Source: Paraphysomonas bandaiensis
Taxonomy: Eukaryota; Protista; Chrysophyceae
NCBI GenBank assembly: GCA_965644295.1
Contig: CBFFRP010000340.1
Location: 1 to 40,537, forward strand
Direction: 5' to 3'
DNA length: 40,537 bases
Positions 34,815-40,537 of this stretch are shown one piece after another. The notes beneath the pieces are model-generated. The model ran no database searches and was not told the DNA's origin. It saw only the letters and a list, made by a program, of their open reading frames with translations. How positions within the stretch are numbered: position 1 is the stretch's first letter; every line of letters begins with the position of its first letter. A program made the translations under genes and the position numbers.

Positions 34815-34924
34815 TATTGAAATGTAGTTTGTTGATAGAATAACTGTGTCTTATAAGTAATAGCAGTGATATGGATGCATATACAGTTCCGTGATCCGAT
34901 TATATGAGAATATACGTATGTGTC

Positions 34925-35048
34925 TCGGCATCTTTTGTGTATTTTTGTTCAAAGATGCCTCAAATATTGAGACAACAATTATCTGTATTCCAGCCGTGAT
35001 TGCATTGCATTCATATAGCGTAATTTAGCTTCATTGTATTTGCGAAAA
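34925..35048. repeat. Dispersed non-coding repeat, copy 2
   Basis: Aligns with 29351-29475 and contains a perfect GGCATCTTT/AAAGATGCC inverted pair. Confidence 0.85.
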
Positions 35049-35081
35049 CATGAAATGCTGATAGATACAGAACACTGGGTT

Positions 35082-35168
35082 TATTTCATTGAAAAGTCAT
35101 CGTTTTTTCATTAAAAAGTCATGTTTTTTCACTTCTCACTGAAAAAACGATGACTTTTCAATGAAATA
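35082..35168. repeat. Perfect 29-bp inverted repeat with a 29-nt spacer
   Basis: tatttcattgaaaagtcatcgttttttca (35082-35110) is the exact reverse complement of 35140-35168. Confidence 0.92.
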
Positions 35169-35525
35169 GATGAAATCGATATGCACAACCACCCTCTGTA
35201 TATGATAAAACCAGTACGTTGTAGCCTATAGGAGAACATCTACTTTTTATCTTGTCCTTTCCAGTGTGTAAAATTAAGAATTTTTTGAAAAAAGTCAATA
35301 ATATTCCTATATTTTCTTGTAAATATCCCTCAATTACGGCTAATAAACCCACTGTTTTTAGTAAAAATGTGGAGTCTAGAACTTGTAATCTCCAGATATA
35401 TAGTGCTGTATATGTATGTATAGTTGTACGCACTGCTCCACTCTGTGCAGGTAGCTATCTATATATATGCATAGAGACTATACTTGCTATCCATAGCCAA
35501 CTCTAACATTCTCTCTGCCATAATC

Positions 35526-36400
35526 ATGAGCACCCGTGACCGTGATCGCAGTCGTAACTATGGTCGTGATCGCAGGAGCCCTAGTGATGATGACAGATAC
35601 TCGAGATATGACAGACATCATTCTAGAGGCAGAGATCGTAGAAGCCGCAGTAGAGACAGGAGAAGCAACAGTAAAGACCGGAGAAGCCGAAGTAGAGACA
35701 GGAGAAGCAGCAGTAGGGATTATAGAAGTAGAAGCAGAGATCGCAGGAGCAGGAGTCCAGTGTCCAGGTATGTATATGTATAGGGGTGTTATATAAACAG
35801 TATCACCCAATTATAACAGGCGAGGGGACACTGGTATTCGAGATGATGGAAGATATGTTCATGCACGAAAGAGTCGCGACACCTCTAAAATACAAAGCGA
35901 GCGCCTAGCTGTTCTGAAGAAACTGACAAATGGTATGTTGTCTATTTATGGAGGCTAATCTGTGATGTGATATTTATTTGGCAAGATGGTAACTCATCGG
36001 ACGAGGAAGAGGGGGCTATTGGGACAACCGGTTCCTCAGGAATTCAGTCGGAAACTGTTTTTACTGCAGGCGCTGATGAAGTAGATGAGAAGGAAATAAT
36101 GCGGGTTATGGGGTTTGGAGGATTCGATTCGACAAAGGTACGTTGCTTCGAGTTTTTCGTTATTCTACGTTTCCGTCATGTGATTTATACGTATATAATT
36201 TTGCTGGTCTACGTACAGGAAAAGCCAGTGGAGGATAATTTCAAAGGGGCAGCGTTGGGCGCCGCTGCGAAGAACAAAAGGAGAATATACCGCCAATACA
36301 TGAATAGAAGAGGTTTGACACAATTTTTTATGGTATGTATTGCTAACTAGAATTTAATTTGGCAGGAGGCTTCAATAGGCCACTTCAGAAGCTGGATTAA
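35526..36400 (+). CDS. SNRNP27: U4/U6.U5 tri-snRNP 27 kDa protein (5 exons)
   Basis: RS-rich N-terminus; C-terminal MGFGGFDSTK...KRRIYRQYMNRRGGFNRPL; introns 35768-35819, 35933-35985, 36138-36218 and 36313-36365. Confidence 0.95.
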
Positions 36401-37127
36401 TTAAAAGCGTGTTTTGTGGTAGTTAAACGATAGGTTATTCATGAATCGTAATTGAAAAAGTTATTATTACGTGAGATGTTTTATCCAAGTTGGTATTTGA
36501 AATAGCCTACGTTAGCATATTCCAGCTGATATGTCTGTGTTTACACTATAGATAATTATGTGTTTATAAATATTAACTATAAATAATAATTAGGGATATG
36601 GAACAATAGATTATAAAGTATAATATACAGCTACTAGCAACATTTCAAGTATCAAGCACGGCCAGAACTGTCCAACATTGGCCTATAATTATGACCTCGT
36701 ATCTATTGTGTCGATCTATACTTAGTCGACAGTGAACTATATTTTTATTAAAGCTCTATGACTACGATATAGTATAGGTAAACCAGGGTCTGGTAATCAT
36801 GAATGGCCTATTAATACCATTACCGGTTACCAGGCCCTGAGGTACAAAGTACTAAAATCTAACCTACTACGGGACATCTGGAATCTGGGTATATATATAT
36901 CCGAATTGGAATATTAAGTATAGCACACTATGATCATGTTTCACACTTACTATGGCTATTATTCTGCTACAAATATCTATTATCTACAATATAGGTGCCA
37001 TCGACATGTAGAATGCAGTTTTTCACTCGGAGAAATATATGAATCAAATAAATACACGAATACGTGCAAGTTGCCGTGATTATTAAACTTTACACACTAG
37101 CACGAATGACTTTATATCAGCTTTATG

Positions 37128-37973
37128 TTATCCCCCTCTCATAGCTTTCAAAAGCAGTTTCCTGGTCCATATAAAGTTCAATGATGCAAAGCATACAATA
37201 ATAACTAAATGGCTGTTATATAGTAAAGAGTCAAGGACTGGAACATTTACTCCTTCGTAAGTAGAGCATCCCATCCATATGTCACGATTGTATAGCATAT
37301 GAAATAAGATATATATACCCACTACATTTCTCCAGAGAAAAGTGGCAATCAGAGTCAGTCCACACGCAATGAAAATGGGACTGCTCTTCATGCTAAGCTC
37401 CGCCATTAGCCAAGAGAGGTTAAGAAATGGCGTGCTAATCTCTGCACCATACACTCCCATCATATATCGAGACCCCCCACCACAGTCTAGACGTAAAAGT
37501 GACATATGAGACACTAAGCCAAGGATGTGATGTACTATTATCTGTACAGAAGCCCAGTCTATACTACCTTTCTTCTTCGATTTCGATTTCGATGTGGACG
37601 GCCGGATTAATCCAGTATAGAAAGAATGTACCTCAAACACCAAGTCATATATTAAATATCCTACCATCACCTTCATCGAAAAAGACTCAACCACTCCAAT
37701 ACTATCATCTGAAACTCGAAACGAATGAATATTTGCCCAGTATATAAAAAATAACCCAGACATAACCAGTGAATGAAACAGTGAGGTGGATCTGTTCTGC
37801 CAAAGAACTCTCGTTGAGCTAGATAATCGTGATGTATAGCCAGGAATAGCAAGTGCACTAATAAAAGGAGATAAAAAATGAAAGGCTATGCATACAAGTG
37901 TCCATAAGGGAACTAAATACATATTATCATGCCCAACTACGTTAAATATAGACTCCAAGAGGGTGCCAGTCAT
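37128..37973 (-). CDS. TLC (TRAM/LAG1/CLN8) domain membrane protein, TMEM56-like
   Basis: Multi-pass hydrophobic protein with SLFHS, GYLIYDL, IVHHILG, AEISTPFLNLSW and LNFIWT motifs. Start set at the first ATG. Confidence 0.88.
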   Translation of the reverse strand: MTGTLLESIFNVVGHDNMYLVPLWTLVCIAFHFLSPFISALAIPGYTSRLSSSTRVLWQNRSTSLFHSLVMSGLFFIYWANIHSFRVSDDSIGVVESFSMKVMVGYLIYDLVFEVHSFYTGLIRPSTSKSKSKKKGSIDWASVQIIVHHILGLVSHMSLLRLDCGGGSRYMMGVYGAEISTPFLNLSWLMAELSMKSSPIFIACGLTLIATFLWRNVVGIYILFHMLYNRDIWMGCSTYEGVNVPVLDSLLYNSHLVIIVCFASLNFIWTRKLLLKAMRGG

Positions 37974-38158
37974 AACTATATCAGAGAACAGTTGGATCAC
38001 AATCAAGCTAAAACAATTCCTCAATCAAATGCAGAGGACTACTTCTTGTTTAAGGATAGATAACGAGGAGGGCGTTGCTTGTTGCATTATGCATTATACG
38101 ACTATGAGCGATCAACACATTCATATACGCCGTACATACTGCGTTACCGTGATGGGTG

Positions 38159-38422
38159 TACATACATACATACATACATACATACGTACGTACATACATA
38201 CATACATACATACATACATACATACATACATACATACATACATACATACATACATACATACATACATACATACATACATACATACATACATACATACATA
38301 CATACATACGTACATACATACATACATACATACATACATACATACATACATACATACATACATACATACATACATACATACATACATACATACATACATA
38401 CATACATACATACCTACATACA
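38159..38422. repeat. (TACA)n microsatellite, about 65 units
   Basis: Direct inspection; two TACG interruptions. Confidence 0.98.
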
Positions 38423-38568
38423 TAAGTACGTAGATGTACAGGTACATGCATATATATACATACATAAGTACGTAGATGTAGAGGTACATGCACTTATATA
38501 CATAAGTGCGTAGATGTAGAGGTACATGCATATATATACATACATAAGTACGTAGATGTAGAGGTACA
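38416..38568. repeat. About 40-bp minisatellite (acataagtacgtagatgtagaggtacatgca...) x4
   Basis: Four tandem units directly follow the TACA tract. Confidence 0.9.
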
Positions 38569-38920
38569 CTCCCTCCAAGTACTAAATGTACAGCCAGGCA
38601 AGTGAGTGTCGAGATCTCATAAGGGAGGATGCGCTTACCTTACAAGCTATATACAGTACTATTCACTCTACTCACCAAATCAACTATCATCTCCGCTCAA
38701 CAAAACTCATTCTCCTTCATGTATACATAGTGAGGGAGGTCGCCTGTATGTCCAGTGGCCCCATACATGACTATCCAGTAGAGCTAACGCAGTTGTCCTC
38801 CATAGAGACTCCTAACACAAAGTAGAGTCACTTCTATGTGTGGTTACATCACCTTCACTCGTGTAACGATTGGTGGTCACAGGGATGCTCTATGCGCAGC
38901 GCATGTTTCTCGTATACTGC

Positions 38921-40206
38921 TGTAGGACTATCCACCTGTACACGGAGTATATATATATGTATACGTCGTCTTATATATACATATACAAGCCACCCACAGT
39001 ACTATTACTTTCATTAAACTCAAGTCTTATATAATATTATAATATTATGGCGGATATTACGAGAGGCAAGGCTCCTCCGATAGAGGAATTGCTAGCCCAA
39101 GACCTGAGTTTAGTGCAAGTAATATTACTGTGCGTGGCTTGTATTAGAATTCCAAATAAGGAATGGGAGATTATTAAAAGATTTCATAACATGTTACCGG
39201 TCATCATGGTATTGATCGTGCATTACAGAAATTAAGAGACAATGGTCAAAACAAGCAGCACATGTGACAAAGTTTATAAAATCTTGTGTTTTGTCCATGT
39301 TGTCAAAAGGTGAGTAGAATTAAACCCATTATTAATGCTTATCCCTTTACAGTCTCAACATATGGTCCGATGCAGAGAATAGCAGTGGACTTCATTCAAA
39401 GTCCACAACCAGATGAGGATGGCTACACTCATATATTAGTGATTATCGATTCCTTTCTAGGTGGATAGAATTAATCCCTACTAAGGATCCCACTGCCATA
39501 TGGCGGCGGCAAAGGGATTGCTTCAATTTCTAGGCAGATATGGAGCTCTTATTGAGATTCACTCGGATCAGCTTTTGTGGATGATTTAATAAAATCATTA
39601 ATAGAAATGATTGGAAGTAATCAATCATTTTCAATGGCATACTCTAAGCAAAGAACGCTTTAGTCGAAATCATAATAGTCCAATGCGAGTAGTCAATGTT
39701 GTTGGAGATAAGTATACCCTTCAAGATATTGTTACCAAGCGTAATAAAGACTATCACATAAAGAAATTAAGGGAATTTAATTACGATCACACTACAGTTG
39801 ATCCTCAAGGAGTGGCATGTAAAGTATGTAAAGTGGTACCTTTTCCGCTAGCGATAATATTTTAAGAATAAAAGGTCAATTAAAAATTCTAGTACATTGG
39901 ATAGGGTATGAAATCCCTACATGGGAATCATGGGCAAACGTTAGAAAACGTATGCTCTACATAATTTTCTAACTCAAAATCCAGATAAAAATGTTCGAAA
40001 TTTACTACCTCAGAGTGTTGTTTATACTTCTGATGAGGAAGATTAATTAGAATTAAGTGTCAATTTAAAATTAGCACGTCAATCATAAGGAGAGGTAGTG
40101 TAGGACTATCTACTTATATACAGAGTATGACTTTATACATTTCACGAGGATTTGATATATAATACCTCGACTTTTTATAGTAACACTTAATGTGTAGAAG
40201 AGTAAA
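38921..40206 (+). mobile_element. Decayed, internally deleted Ty3/Gypsy chromovirus (family 2): integrase and chromodomain remnants
   Basis: TGTAGGACTATC starts at both 38921 and 40099. Polypurine aaggagaggtag lies at 40087-40098 and TGGCG at 39048. Frameshifted integrase pieces (HN..GHHG, CPCCQK, RIAVDF, VIIDSF, IHSD) and a chromodomain-like KILVHWIGYE..TWESWANV near 39880-39945 are present. Confidence 0.85.
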
Positions 40207-40537
40207 TGTAATAACCAGCTATCAGGTTATTCTATTCTACAAGCTCTCTATTGTATATGCTTAAGTTTGTACATACTATCTGTGCAAACATAGCTTGAAT
40301 ATTATTATTATTACCATAATTCACACTGAGATATATGATGTATTATGACTATGACAATTCATGCTTATCATTGACATTTACATAATCATTCAAAAGACAA
40401 AGAAAGACATGATTATCAATAATGAGACATAATGATGATACTGATGATGGATGATATATATATATGTTCTTATTATATATATATATTGACTTTAAGGCTG
40501 GAGAAGTTTACTGGAGAATTCCGGGTTTGATATCCTA
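40207..40537 (+). mobile_element. LTR of family 1 (second copy, truncated by the window edge)
   Basis: Begins TGTAATAACCAGCTATCAGG and differs from the reverse complement of 3441-3769 by about 5 substitutions. Confidence 0.85.

Noticed and set aside
37888-38531. HTYI / MYVC repeat ORFs
   Set aside because: A stop-free (TACA)n microsatellite read in all frames.

Overview
Gene-dense eukaryotic genomic DNA with short GT-AG introns (about 50-150 nt) and (TA)n/(TACA)n microsatellites. It looks like a protist, possibly a stramenopile, but that taxon is an inference. The window holds about 14 host protein genes: kynureninase, SEM1/DSS1, SNRNP27, an SLC35D-type nucleotide-sugar transporter, FYVE, SH3 and TLC-domain proteins, a degenerate GT64, an FMN reductase, a bacterial-type metal-dependent hydrolase, a secreted Hedgehog-type Hint (Hog) autoprocessing protein and several unknowns. 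It also holds a tRNA-Val(CAC). Two near-identical LTRs in inverted orientation bracket the genes. The left one precedes an uninterrupted Gag-like ORF of at least 1025 codons that the ORF track missed. A decayed chromovirus lies near the right end. Five 5'-truncated copies of a probable non-LTR retroelement group are scattered through the window; three have flanking direct repeats, three share a GNRA-tetraloop hairpin motif, and one appears inserted into the tail of another. The most notable items are the Hog protein with a natural His at the Asp46 position, the retroelement 3' hairpin, the long Gag-like ORF with zinc ribbons, and a 32-bp phased palindromic array. All calls are from manual reading; no database search was run.
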